A stretch of DNA of 63,630 nt, filler included, from Octopus bimaculoides (Eukaryota), in assembly GCF_001194135.2 (NCBI RefSeq). It is 9 parts of 8 records of this genome, joined end to end, with 100 filler letters (N's around TTAATTAATTAA, not from the genome) between each part and the next. Parts side by side here need not be neighbours in the genome. Positions count along the whole stretch, not along the records: positions 1 to 10,015 come from NC_068983.1; positions 10,116 to 21,350 come from NC_068983.1; 7 more parts are not named here. The stretch is one strand, 5' to 3'. Shown in pieces: positions 1-12,047 of the stretch. Numbering within the stretch: the stretch's first letter is position 1; every line of letters starts with the position of its first letter. Made by a program: the position numbers and the translations under genes. The notes under the pieces are model-generated. The model did not search any database and was not told the origin of the DNA. It was given only the letters and a program-made list of their open reading frames with translations.

Positions 1-312
1 ACTAGGTCTCCCTCTATTCTATTTCGGTCTAACGCTAGGGCCTTACTGTACCTAACCGATTCTGACTTGATTGCTTTTTTGAGGGCATACCACCATCTGT
101 TGTTGATGATGGCACCCGTTAATGCTCTCTTAACTAAAGTGCTAATCCGGTCCCTGTAAGCCTGGCGTGCAGTGAACGACGCGTTCAGCTTCCAGTAACC
201 GGGACCCTGTCTATGTGTCTTATCTAAGTCAAGCGTACAAGTGACAAATTTGTGGTCTGTGTAGCTGACTATGTGGGATTGTGGACAACCTACTCTATCC
301 TTACCCAGATTG
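1..312 (-). mobile_element. Tx1/L1-clade LINE ORF2 fragment (end of APE endonuclease plus linker), runs off the window edge
   Basis: Minus frame GCPQSHIVSYTDHKFVTCTLDLDKTHRQGPGYWKLNASF...RWWYALKKAIK contains the APE DH motif and the GPGYWKLN linker typical of Tx1/L1. Confidence 0.85.
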
Positions 313-750
313 GTTTCGGCCATGACTAGATATGACTAGCACCACCTGGAAAAGTCTTTTAGTTAATTATTTCGGGACACCACAGACCACTCGAGTAGAG
401 AGTTGTTAAGACGTATCCAGGTTTAGGTGGTTTATCCGGTATTTCCTGGAGGAATTTGTCCAGGTACCGTTTCAAAGTTGTGGGGTCTTTTTCTACTTTA
501 ATTTCCTTTAGGATAACATTGAAAATCAATGCACTAGGACATATAGTATTCAGTTAGGACAGTAATCCACGGCATTCATAGATTAGGATCGGGCCTCTAG
601 CAATGTGGGAGGCCCTCGAGCAACTGTCCAGTGTGTTCGTGCTATAAAACGGCAATGTAAAGAATATTATTTTACTTTTCAAGTATTGTACTGAAACATT
701 TCTCACGAACTCCAAGTAGATAACCTTTGTTATAGTTGTACCGAACAATG
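313..750 (-). mobile_element. CR1-clade LINE 3' end
   Basis: Minus frame ALIFNVILKEIKVEKDPTTLKRYLDKFLQEIPDKPPKPGY is the typical CR1 ORF2 C-terminus (FKRxLDKFLxxIPDxP). It is followed by a short 3' UTR containing ggtggtgc...catggccg. Confidence 0.8.
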
Positions 751-969
751 TAGATTATAATAGATGTCATGTTGTGTAGCCCTACTCAAACAGTAATTGT
801 CGGCGATTGAAAGCAAGAAGACTTCCGTAACCCATACGCAAGTTTCTCAGTATCATTTGCTATAGAATCACTGGTGTGTTCACACATTACCAAGTCTCAC
901 ACATTTATATTCGTTACATCATTTCTGAACCATTAACAAATGAAAAAAATTCCGCTAATATTTTATAGG

Positions 970-1395
970 CGTTGGTGCGGTTGTGTGATTAAGATGCTAG
1001 CTTCCCAATCATATGGCCTTCGGCCCAGACCTACTGTGCATCACCTTAGGCGAATGTCTTCTATTACAACTCTGAGCCGACAAAGCTTTGGGTGTGGGTT
1101 TGGTAGACGGAAATTGAAAGAAGCCCATCATACATGAGTGTGTGTGTGTGTGTGTGCGTGCGCTCTGTGCGTATGCGTGTATCTTTGTGTTTGTGTTTGT
1201 CCACCGCCACTGCTTAATAACCAATACTGGTTTGTTTACGATCCTGTGACTTAGCGGTTCGGCAGTAGAATAAGTAGTAGGCTTTAAAAATAAAATAAGT
1301 ACTGGGGTCGATTTGGTCGACTAAAATCCACCAGGGTGGTGCCCCAGCATGGCCGCAATCCAATGACTGAAACAAGTAAAATATAAAAGATAAAA
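970..1395 (+). mobile_element. tRNA-derived SINE, family A
   Basis: tRNA-like head, gcacct(t)ggg caa core, gtggatttggtagacggaaactgaaagaagccc, internal (GT)n, and a tail ggtggtgccccagcatggccgca...gaaacaagtaaaa. The same sequence recurs more than 12 times in the window. Confidence 0.85.
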
Positions 1396-1807
1396 GTTTA
1401 GATTCCCCTAAATTTTAGACACCTTGGAATTTAGATAGCACCTTTGATGTCTGGTATATTAAACTATGTGATTTTTGTTGAAAATGAACGTTTGCAGATG
1501 GTTGTTTCAGTGATACTGAACTGCCTATCAGATATTCCAAAGGAGTTTTTAGGTTTGAAAGTTTTTGAGAATGATGACATCGCTTGAAGTGGGTTCCGAT
1601 ATATTTCTTGTTTCCATATTCTCTGTACTCGTTACGATTCAGTTGTTATATCCTGCCATTTTGAAGATAATGGAAAATATCTTTTGATGACATCCTCCCC
1701 CCTGAAATATATAAAACAATATGTGACGGCATGCATTGATGTATGCATACTGTATATATATAAATGCACGCGCGCATGTGTGTATCAAACGATATTCACA
1801 AAATAGT

Positions 1808-2196
1808 TTGTTGTTGTTGGCACTCCGTCGCTTACGACGTTGAAGGTTCCAGTTGATCCGATCAACGGTACAGCCTGCTCGTGAAATTAACGTGCAAGTG
1901 GCTGAGCACTCCACAGACACGTGTACCCTTAACGTAGTTCTCGGGGATATTCAGCGTGACACAGTGTGACAAGGCTGGCCCCTTTGAAATACAGGCACAA
2001 GAGAAACAGGAAGAAAGAGTGAGAGAAAGTTGTGGTGAAAGAGTACAGCAGGGTTCGCCATCATCCCCTACCGGAGCCTCGTGGGGCTTTAGGTGTTTTC
2101 GCTCAATAAACACTCACAACGCCCGGTCTGGGAATCGAAACAGGATCCTATGACCGCGAGTCCGCTGCCCTGACCACTGGGCCATTGCGCCTCCAC
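1808..2196 (-). mobile_element. tRNA-derived SINE, family B (full length)
   Basis: Head gtggaggcgcaatggcccagtggtc (A box) and gtttcgattccc (B box), with a (CAA)n tail. Near-identical to 41478-41861. Confidence 0.9.
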
Positions 2197-2245
2197 ATCA
2201 CAAAATAGTAAAAGTAGGTTTTAAAAGATGTATGAAAAGACGTCG

Positions 2246-2545
2246 ATGGCTGCCGAACAATTGAAGAAAATCTTGAAGCAGCAACAGTCCCAGTACGAAG
2301 TGGCTCAAATGCGACTGATCAAAACATTGAGTAAGCAAATAACAGCTCAGTGATCAAGTCACAGATTCAGTGTCCATCGACACAATTACAAACAGCAAGC
2401 ATCACGGAGTTCTGTTATGATCCTGATACAAGTACATTTTTCGTCTGGTGGTTCAAAGGATACGAAGGTATTTTAAAAATCTGAACTGAAGCACATAGGA
2501 GATGCATTGAAAGTAAGGTTACTCATAAAAAAAAAAACTTGACCT
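2246..2545 (+). mobile_element. Ty3/Gypsy gag N-terminal fragment (degraded)
   Basis: MAAEQLKKILKQQQSQYEVAQMRLIKTL, then across frameshifts SITEFCYDPDTSTF / WFKGYEGIF / DALKVRLL. This resembles the K02A2.6-like Gypsy gag pattern FxYDPxxGxTFxxWFxRYExxF...KVRLL. Confidence 0.7.
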
Positions 2546-2553
2546 CTAAGATA

Positions 2554-2905
2554 TTGTAACACCTCTCTGTGACATTCGTCGGTCTCGAAAGACCATGGAT
2601 CTGCTTGTAGAGAATTTTGTCAGCTGAAAGTGGCAGTGCAGCGTTCGCTGTGGCTGTACAGACCCACACAGGAATGGCAGGCTTACATGCAGTGATTGCG
2701 ACTAACACATACTCACACATACAAATACACATACAAATAAAAATACACAAGCACACACACGAAACCTGTTGTGAATACATGACAGGGTGGACGATAAAGC
2801 AAATGTTAAGCTTGCCGTGTGGGCCTAAGTGGACATGGTACGCACTTAACTAATTAAATAGAGCAGAAACGAACGATGATTAGAATAGCTGGAAGAAGAA
2901 AATAG
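2554..2905 (-). mobile_element. Probable LTR remnant
   Basis: Ends in ...gagaggtgttaCA on the minus strand and sits next to the gag fragment. Boundaries and orientation are uncertain. Confidence 0.35.
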
Positions 2906-3046
2906 GGCCGTGGGTGGGAGAGGAAATGTGTTGTTACCACATGTTCACTCTGTCTGTCTGCCCACAAACTTCTTCCCACTAACCACGATTTGCTCACTCA
3001 CACATAGACTCACTCACTCACTCCTACCATCTATTAATATCCCCTC

Positions 3047-3270
3047 ATTAAAGGCGGCGGCGGTCGGGCAGCGTTGTTATCGCGCCGAACAAAAATACTT
3101 AGCGGCATTTCTTCTGAGTTTTACATTCTGAGTTCAAATCCCGCCGAGGTCGACTTTGCCCTTTCATACCATTCGAGAGCCGATAAAAGCACTGGGATGG
3201 ATGTAATCAACAAACCCCCGCCTACCCAAAACTTCAAACTCCGTGCCTATAAGTAGCTAGAATTATTCTC
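3047..3270 (+). mobile_element. tRNA-derived SINE, family C
   Basis: ttaaaggcggc...cttagcggcatttc...ttctgagttcaaatcccgccgaggtcgactttgcc. Related copies lie at about 7030-7200(+), 7240-7440(-), 25900-26040(+), 36745-36895(-), 37440-37620(-) and 56530-56750(+). Confidence 0.8.
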
Positions 3271-3356
3271 TTACTGCACATATTCTTAATATATTATTTG
3301 CCCGCTCGTTCATCGTTTGCTCTTTCACTCATACTCATTCTTTCTGTCTCCATCGT

Positions 3357-3443
3357 CTTTTCTTCTTCTTCTTCTTCTTCTTCTTCTTCTTCTTCTTCTT
3401 CTTCTTCTTCTTCTTCTTCTTCTTCTTCTTCTTCTTCTTCTTC
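3357..3443. repeat. (TTC)n microsatellite, representative of many in the window
   Basis: Other arrays include (TATC)n 21279-21350, (GAT)n about 23417-23600, (AAT)n about 25397-25480 and 59494-59760, (AAG)n about 37170-37390, plus many (TA)n, (CA)n and (ATGT)n tracts. Confidence 0.97.
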
Positions 3444-3458
3444 CCTTCACCCTCTCCC

Positions 3459-3491
<33 letters not shown>

Positions 3492-5214
3492 GATGTTTTC
3501 ACTCTAATATTCACCCCCTCACTTATATGCTGACTCATTATCCTCACCTCTCGCTTGCTTTCACTCGTTTTCTCTTTGCTGTCTTTTCCTTCACTCACAT
3601 CCACTGTGACACTTAGTAACTTATTCCCATTCACATACAGACTTATTCACTCACAGACTATATTCGAATGGATCACTCATAATTTTCATCCTTCACTCAA
3701 CTCAACTTCATTTACTCACTTACTCACCTGCACACACACTTACTCAAACTTTACTAATATACTCCCTCTTAACTTATTCACGTTTACTCACACACATGAA
3801 TACATACATACTTACATGGATTCATACATACAAAGAGACTTACACACACACACACACATGCACGCACACACTCATGTATATACACTCATTCACGGTCATT
3901 CACACAAAAAGCACACATCCACGTTCACTTACGTGTGTGCGTATTTACACATTTACATATAATCACACACATACACACATATTCACATATATACAAACAC
4001 AAACCTATACAGAAGCGTACGCACATTTATGTCTCACTCACTCACTCACTCACTCGTTCACTCACTAACTCGCTCGCTCACTCACTCACTAGCTCGATCT
4101 CTCACTCAGTCAGTCAGCACCCCCATTTCCTCGACAGCAGTAGTAAAAATCTGAAAGTGTGTCACTAGGCCAGTTCACACGCTTCTCACTACTAGTTGCG
4201 CCGGTCTGAGGNNNNNNNNNNNNNNNNNNNNNNNNNNNNNNNNNNNNNNNNNNNNNNNNNNNNNNNNNNNNNNNNNNNNNNNNNNNNNNNNNNNNNNNNN
4301 NNNNNNNNNNNNNNNNNNNNNNNNNNNNNNNNNNNNNNNNNNNNNNNNNNNNNNNNNNNNNNNNNNNNNNNNNNNNNNNNNNNNNNNNNNNNNNNNNNNN
4401 NNNNNNNNNNNNNNNNNNNNNNNNNNNNNNNNNNNNNNNNNNNNNNNNNNNNNNNNNNNNNNNNNNNNNNNNNNNNNNNNNNNNNNNNNNNNNNNNNNNN
4501 NNNNNNNNNNNNNNNNNNNNNNNNNNNNNNNNNNNNNNNNNNNNNNNNNNNNNNNNNNNNNNNNNNNNNNNNNNNNNNNNNNNNNNNNNNNNNNNNNNNN
4601 NNNNNNNNNNNNNNNNNNNNNNNNNNNNNNNNNNNNNNNNNNNNNNNNNNNNNNNNNNNNNNNNNNNNNNNNNNNNNNNNNNNNNNNNNNNNNNNNNNNN
4701 NNNNNNNNNNNNNNNNNNNNNNNNNNNNNNNNNNNNNNNNNNNNNNNNNNNNNNNNNNNNNNNNNNNNNNNNNNNNNNNNNNNNNNNNNNNNNNNNNNNN
4801 NNNNNNNNNNNNNNNNNNNNNNNNNNNNNNNNNNNNNNNNNNNNNNNNNNNNNNNNNNNNNNNNNNNNNNNNNNNNNNNNNNNNATATATATATATATAC
4901 ATACACTCTCACAAATGGTATTATATTGTCACATGCAGAAACACGCTAATATAAAAGGCGAATGTGCAACTACAGATCGAAAGCAATTACCCACACATAC
5001 TGTCAAACGTAGCGACATATACACGGGTTCTAACCTTACCTTATATATATATTTTTTATATATAGTAATAGTAAGACAACAGGATAACACTGTTAGTAGG
5101 AATGGATTAGTAAGGTAAAGGAGGTGGGGGTGAAATACTGTAACTGAATAAATTAAGAGAAGTTAAAAGGATTTAAAAGCAAGATGTGAAAAGGTGAAAC
5201 AATTTATTTATTAC

Positions 5215-5610
5215 TCTCTTTTACTCTTTTACTTGTTTCAGTCTTTTGACTGTGGCCATGCTGGAGCACCGCCTTTAGTCGAGCAAATCGACCCCCAGGA
5301 CTTATTCTTTGGAAGCCTAGTACTTATTCTATCGGTCTCTTTTGCCGAACCGCTAAGTTACGGGGACATAAACACACCGCCATCGGTTGTCAAGCGATGT
5401 TGTCGGGACAAACACAGACACACTAACACACAAACATACATATATATACATATATACGACAGGTTTCTTTCAGTTTCCATCTACCAAATCCACTCACAAG
5501 GCTTTGGTCGGCCCGAGGCTATAGTAGAAGACACTTGCCCAAGGTGCCACGCAGTGGGACTGAACCCGGAACCATGTGGTTGGTAAGCAAGCTACTTACC
5601 ACACAGCCAC
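5215..5610 (-). mobile_element. SINE family A, full-length young copy
   Basis: Matches the family A consensus end to end and retains its CpGs. Confidence 0.9.
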
Positions 5611-5644
5611 TTTTTTTAGAAAATCTGAAAGAATCTCCAAAATT

Positions 5645-6050
5645 CGTGCGCGGATGTGGTTGTATGGCTAGGAGCTCGCTTCTCAACCACATGGGTCTGG
5701 GTTCAGTCCCACTGCGTGGCACCTTAGGCAAGTGTCTTCTACTATAGCCTCGGGCCGATCAAAGCCTTGTGAGTGGATTTGGTGGACAGAAACTGAAAGA
5801 TGTATGTGTGTGTCTTTGTGTCTGTGTTTGTACCCCACCAAAACCACCACAACCACCACCACCGTTTGACAACCGGTGCTGATGTGTTTACGTACCCGTA
5901 AGATAGCGGTTCGACAAAACAACCGTTAGAATAAGTACCAGGCCTTAAAAAACGTACTGGGGTCGATTCTTTCATCTAAAAGCCTTCAAGCCAATGTTCC
6001 AGCATGGCCGCAGTCTAATGAATGAATCAAGTAAAAGATAAAAGATAACA
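5645..6050 (+). mobile_element. SINE family A, inverted relative to 5215-5610
   Basis: Head ggttgtatggctaggagctcgcttctcaaccacatgggtctgggttcagtcccactgcg through to the tail gcatggccgcagtc...aagtaaaagataaaag. Confidence 0.85.
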
Positions 6051-6261
6051 CCCAAAAATGTCTTTTAAAGCTTAAAAACCTCACCTTCACCTTTTCACCT
6101 GTCTTGTCTTGTTCTTAATTGCTTCTAATTTCTTTTAACTTTTCTTAACTAATTCAGTTAAAGTATCTCATCTTCCTACGAACGGCGTTACCCTGTTGCC
6201 TTATACTATAACCATGTTGCCTTAGATACACCAGCACATTATATTTCATATATGTACACAC

Positions 6262-6660
6262 AGACTTAGCTGTGTGGTAAGAAGTTTGCTTCTCAGCCAC
6301 ACGTTTCCTGGTTCAGTATCAGTGCGTGGCACCAAGGGCAAGTGTACCTACGTGCGTGTGTCAGTCTGCCTGTCTATCCGTGAGTGGATTTGGTAGACGG
6401 AAACTGAAAGAAGCTCGTAGTATATATGTATATATATGTATGTATGTGTGTATGTTTGTGTGTCTGTGTTTGTCCCCCTAGCATCGCTTGACAATCGATG
6501 GTGGTGTGTTTATGTCCCAGTAACTTAACAGTTCGGTAAAAGAGACCGATAGAATAAGTACTAGGCTTCCAAAGAATAAGTCCTGGGGTCGATTTGCTCG
6601 ACTAAAAGGTGGTGCTCCAGCATGGCCGCAGTCAAATGACTGAAACAAGTAAAAGTGAGT
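6262..6660 (+). mobile_element. SINE family A copy
   Basis: Head, body and complete tail (ggtggtgctccagcatggccgcagtcaaatgactgaaacaagtaaaag). Confidence 0.85.
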
Positions 6661-7829
6661 AATATATTTATTACAACTATACGAATAAGAAATTTCTTAT
6701 ATTTCCTTTTATTGTAATTTACAAAATATTCTATTTTGAAAATTAATATTCATTTTACTAATTTGTGCATACACCATAAAATTTTAAAAAGAAACTAAAT
6801 CATAATTGTTGTACCAACGTAATAAAATAACCCGATATTACTCGAAGTGGATTGTCAATATGGCCGCAAACATTCTAGTTAATTCATGTATTTGATTTGT
6901 TCAGTCAGATTTAACGTTGCTCTTTTACTCATAAATGTGCGCGTGTCCTCGTGTTAAAAAAAAGTAGTATTGTACCGATATCTTAAATTAAATAGAGAGA
7001 GCTCACATACGTATCGCATATGAGAAATGTTGAGCGACAATTCTTGCGGCTCTTTACGTTCTGAGTTCATATTCTGCCAAGGTTGATTTTGCTTGTCTTC
7101 CTTTCAGGTCATTAAAATAAATAATCAATAAATAATATAAATCAGCTAGCCAGCCGCCTTCCGTACAAAATTTCAGGTCCTTTGCCTATACTAGCGAGGA
7201 TTAGTGCAATTATAGCGCACTGTACAGAAATATTCAGTACAGATTTCTAATACAAGTATAGGGTCACAAATTTAGGATTAGATTGGTCCTAGCACATCAC
7301 CTGCTATTTATTTTATCGATATTTGAAGATGAAAAGTAAGCATATCATTTGCAGAATTTGAACTCAGAACGTAAAGGTAGTTGCCTAAAAATTGCAAAGC
7401 ATTTTGTATAGCACTCTGCCGATTTTGCCAAATCTATAAATTACATAGGAACAGACATGTTATTACAGATGCCATATGTAGCAGCATGTTCTGTCAAACT
7501 AAACAATAGCTTATGTTCTCCCATTTTAAAAGGCAGTGCAATCATACAAGCAAATACATATATACTTATATAGAAATAAAGATATCATATGTAACGTATT
7601 ATATATAAATTCAAATGGCGTTTAAAATTTACGACTGCTGTTTCGGTAGAATTTTATTTATGTAATGCAATGACAAAAGATTACCTTACAGTATTTACTA
7701 ATACCATGAGCTGCAGGAATTCTGCCCTCTTCAGTGATAGCGACGCTTATATCACCGTCCCTAGTACTTGTAACCATAACACATGTGACTGCGGTGATGT
7801 CCTTTCCCAGTTCCATACTAATAACGATA

Positions 7830-8320
7830 ACACCTCTGGTTATATGAACCAACATAGAAAAGGGATTAATTTTAAGCCCACCGCTAGTGAGAAAACCTGT
7901 AATTGATGGGTCTCTCAACTGTCCGTTAGATGTACTTTGTTTATGCTTGAATGTCGCACATAAACGCCGGGTAATAGCCCCGCGTTCCCTCCGGGCTAGG
8001 GGCTGCATTGGCGACACAGTTAATTTCAAGCACCGCTACCGAGCCTACTTGAAATGATTCTCAAATAGAGACTCCAAAGTCTTTACTTCCCTAGCTACAT
8101 ATATACATCACATCAAGTCCCACGACATTTTCTGTACCTTATCCTGGCCCGTAGTTAGTAGGGCTTCATTGTATAAGACTAACCGTCGTGTTTGTAAGTA
8201 TTATTGCAGGGAATCGCTCGCTATTCTTCACCATCATAAAACTTCGTTACTCAATAGATTCTCTGGCATAATCTTCTCGTGTAAGCACAAATTTTCTTCC
8301 ACATTTTCTTATTACGTAAA
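7830..8320 (+). mobile_element. Penelope-like element, GIY-YIG endonuclease region (degraded)
   Basis: EKTCN / NCPLDVLCL / IGDTVNFKHRY / SLATYIHHIKSHDIFCTLSWPVVSRASLYK / ESLAILHH...LLNR...SCKHK follows the Penelope CNC...CPL...YIG...FKxRY...LSxYI...W...LLN...CRH pattern. Confidence 0.75.
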
Positions 8321-9964
8321 GTCTTTATGATTTCTCCCAATAGCGGATATAGCCCTTTATATATTTTAGCAATGTTAATACCATTTCCTTTCTCCTTTTC
8401 TCTTTGTATCATATTCTTTTTATCTAAACATACTACTTCCTCCGCTATCCCCCAGTCCTATTCCTTTCCTTCATTACTTATCTCTTTCTGTCTCTATGTC
8501 TAGTCAGCTGCTGTTTCAAACTGATTTATTGTCTGCTTAGGTAACCTACCTTAACCACCAGTGACTCATGCTTTCACCAGACTATCTTTAAATTTATCTT
8601 TTCCTCTTCTCACTGTTTCTTCTATTCTACCGTTGTTCCTTTCATCATACGTCGTAGAAATCCTCCTCCATCTCTCTGCCTTTCGTTTCTTCTATTCTAC
8701 CTCTGCTCCGTCCTTCCTATGTCGTAGAAATCATCCTCTCTCACCCTGTTTTTCATTTATATTCTTCCGGCTGTCTTCTATCAACCGTTTACATTTACTA
8801 CCACTACTATATCTACTATATGTACTGTTTTTGGCAATCTTCTCTTGCTGTGGAGAGCCGGACGTATAGTAATATTTCCATGTGACTGGTTACAGGTTGC
8901 GCACCCATGACTCTTTTGAATATTTCATCTGCAAATTATGACTATTATGATTATTACGTAACTCTGAGTTTCATAAAAGAGCTGTCGAGTTAAGAAATAC
9001 ATGGCTTCTTCATATTTTATGTATTTTTTGTGTCCCAAGCAGGTATACCTGTATATGTGTGTGCATGTATGTGTATGTGTGTGTGTGTGCGCGCGTGTAT
9101 ATGTGTGAGAATGTGTGCGTGTGCATGCGTGCGTGCGTATGTGCGTGTGTGTGTGTGTGTGATGGTGTGTGTGTGATGGTGTGTGTGTGATGGTGTGTGT
9201 GTGATGGTGTGTGTGTGATGGTGTGTGTGTTTGTATGTGGATATGTGTAGATATATGTGTATAAACATATATATGTCAAGGCTAATTGTGTTTACCTGCA
9301 TTACTACCTCTATATCTATGTGTATGTATATATATATACACATATATACATACATACATACATACATACGTACGTACATTTATGTATACGTATGTGTATG
9401 GATGGATGTGTGTATGTACGCATGTTTTATGACTGTATACATGTGTGTGTGTTTATGTTTGCATGTGAATGTCTATTTAGATATAAACATGTTTGATGTC
9501 GAAATACACACACACATACACAAACTGGTTCATACCCATTGTTGTAAAAAAGATTTTTTAAAGAAACTTTCATACAGGCATAAAAATACATTTCTATGCG
9601 TGTATGTACCTGCATGATATCTGTGATTATATACACAAACACATACTCACTCACTCTCACACACACACACTCACACATGCACACACATATATGTATGAAT
9701 GCATTATGTATGTATATGTATTTGTGCGTACATATGTATGTGCACGTATGTGTGCCTATGTGTGTACGCGTGTGCGTGTTATATTTGTGTGTGTGTGTGA
9801 GTGAGTAAGTACGACCTGCTCTTTTCAAAGGTTAAGCAGCATAAACTATAGGTCAAATATAGTTCGCTGACACAAACAAACGATATTGAAAAGCCTTATT
9901 ATTTTTTTCTTTTCATCAAAATTTTCAAAAGTCCATTGGGATACAATGATATCCCACCTTCATG

Positions 9965-10015
<51 letters not shown>

Positions 10016-10115
10016 NNNNNNNNNNNNNNNNNNNNNNNNNNNNNNNNNNNNNNNNNNNNTTAATTAATTAANNNNNNNNNNNNNNNNNNNNNNNNNNNNN
10101 NNNNNNNNNNNNNNN

Positions 10116-10150
<35 letters not shown>

Positions 10151-10443
10151 TATACATATGTATATATAACAAATGATAGAGATGGAAAATGAAACACGAG
10201 AAACTTTATTTCTCACAATGATCATCTAGATTCATCTTGCATGAATCCCTCGCGGGTCGGATACTGTAAAACTGGTTGTAGTGAATCCTTCGGTGCAGAT
10301 GCGTTTCGTCAGGTGATTTTTCAAGGGGCATCTCGTTAAATAAGCCCTATTTCACTCGGTTTTTTTTTACCCCACCTTGTTAGTGAGCATACGTTTAAGC
10401 CCACTCCCCCTCCGCCCACACGCACATTCATATATATTTGTAT

Positions 10444-10497
10444 AGAGGATACTACTCACTCAGAGGATACTACTCACTCAGAGGATACTACTCACTC
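10444..10497. repeat. Perfect 18-bp tandem repeat x3 (agaggatactactcactc)
   Basis: Read directly from the sequence. It lies just beyond the 3' end of the CR1 copy below. Confidence 0.95.
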
Positions 10498-10509
10498 AAA
10501 ACTGAGAAC

Positions 10510-11480
10510 TGTTTATCTTTTACTTACCAGCCAGGAGCTGAGCCCATGCTGACGCACCACCTTTCAGCACGATCGATTTCTTTTCTGCTCTGTTTTTGGT
10601 GAAGCAGCGAGTTGGACAGAACGGCTCTTTTTGTGGTTCTTACTACGATGTGGATTCATCAGTTATCTTGGATAAAGATTTGTCCTGACACTTTTTGAAG
10701 ACCTCCACATCTACACCTCGCGAATCTCTGAGGCTGTTTGGCAGAATGTCGAATGGTTGTTAACTCTCGAAACCCAACCTGTTACAGTAGTGGGTCCTTA
10801 TTCGAAACTGGAGAAGACGGGATCTTTGGTACTACGCAGCGCCGTGCAGTTCAGAGGTTGGTATAGTTTTTCAATTCCAAAATTTGGAGCTAGACCTTTC
10901 AGGATATTACATATGTATATCACAGCATATCTTTCACGTATTCTGTTTAGGGAGTAGAGCTTCAGTTTATTCAGTCTCTCGTAGTTGATCGTCTGTTTCA
11001 CCGAGTCAGTCTTCTTTGTGTAGTGACACTGGATGACCTCAAGATTCGCCACCAGTTTGACACTCAGCGGTGATCACAGTTATGAGCAGTGTTCCAAATG
11101 ACTGAAAGTGAAAGTTCTCCATAAGAGTAGCATTCTATCCTTTTTCCTGGTTCTGAATGATCTCAGAATCCATCCAGCTACTCGCCTTTACGGTGTTGCC
11201 ACCTTGGTGATATGCACATGGAATATTGCATCATTACTCATATGGTCACGTACCGACTCTGACTCTGGGATTGCACTACCTCCGGGTCCTGTATGTTCCG
11301 ATTGGAGTCTGTTTGTGGGCCAAAATTGGGGCACTTGAAACTTTTCATCATTGAACTGCATGTTATTTTCATCAGCCCATTTTGTATATTGCATTCAGAT
11401 CGGTTTGCAGTTTTCGTATGTCATCAAGGTCCTTAACTACCCCTGATATTTTTGTATCGGCAGCATTGATGGTGAAGCTG
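10510..11480 (-). mobile_element. CR1-clade LINE, RT C-terminal part to 3' UTR (degraded)
   Basis: AADTKISGVVKDLDDIRKLQTDLNAI-KWADENNMQFNDEKFQ; NYERLNKLKLYSLNRIRERYAVIYICNILKGLAPN; ILPNSLRDSRGVDVEVFKK; SNSLLHQ. Confidence 0.92.
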
Positions 11481-11544
11481 GATGACTAAATGGACATCTT
11501 GTAAATCAACGATTCGTAACTTGTTTCTTTTTCTTTTTTACCTC

Positions 11545-11864
11545 TAAACGGCGTTGATTACTGTTTTACTCTGGTGGATCCCCGTAGCCATTCGATGTTT
11601 AAAGTTAGTTTTATTGATAGTTCTTTCAAAATTCCTATTTTGCTTTTCACACATTCACTTGCATCGTTTGAGCTATGTAAAACGTTAAAGAAAGCAATCT
11701 TCAAGATTCTTGTAATAAATACACCAAAAACAAGACATTTCATGGACCCATAATATACAACTATACAACCATGGGTCCCCAAATTCCTATTTTGCTTGTG
11801 TCGACCCCACCAAATCTTATATGGACTGCCGGGGGTCTTATGCACCCCGATTGAGAAGCGCAGG
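11545..11864. mobile_element. hAT-like DNA transposon terminal fragment
   Basis: ggggtc...cccc gattgagaagcgcag resembles the Charlie-type end (ggggtc..gacccc..gttgagaaccactg). Degenerate. Confidence 0.35.
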
Positions 11865-11993
11865 CTGACTTAAATGTTTTATTCTAATAAAGATGTAATA
11901 AACTCCGCAGTGCGTGTGTGTGTGTATGGATATTTATTTATTCATGTGGAGGTAATTATATAAATATAATTATATATATAATTATATATATAT

Positions 11994-12047
<54 letters not shown>

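Noticed and set aside
7658-8029. 123-aa minus ORF with an apparent donor (AAG|gtaatc) as a host exon
   Set aside because: The opposite strand carries Penelope GIY-YIG motifs, and the ORF has no recognisable homology.
10060-10071. Recurrent ttaattaattaa motif as a biological element
   Set aside because: Always centred in 44 N + 12 + 44 N, so it is an assembly spacer.
10655-10675. gataactgatga on the minus strand
   Set aside because: Lies within CR1 coding sequence (KITDES), with no GAAA or stem II following.
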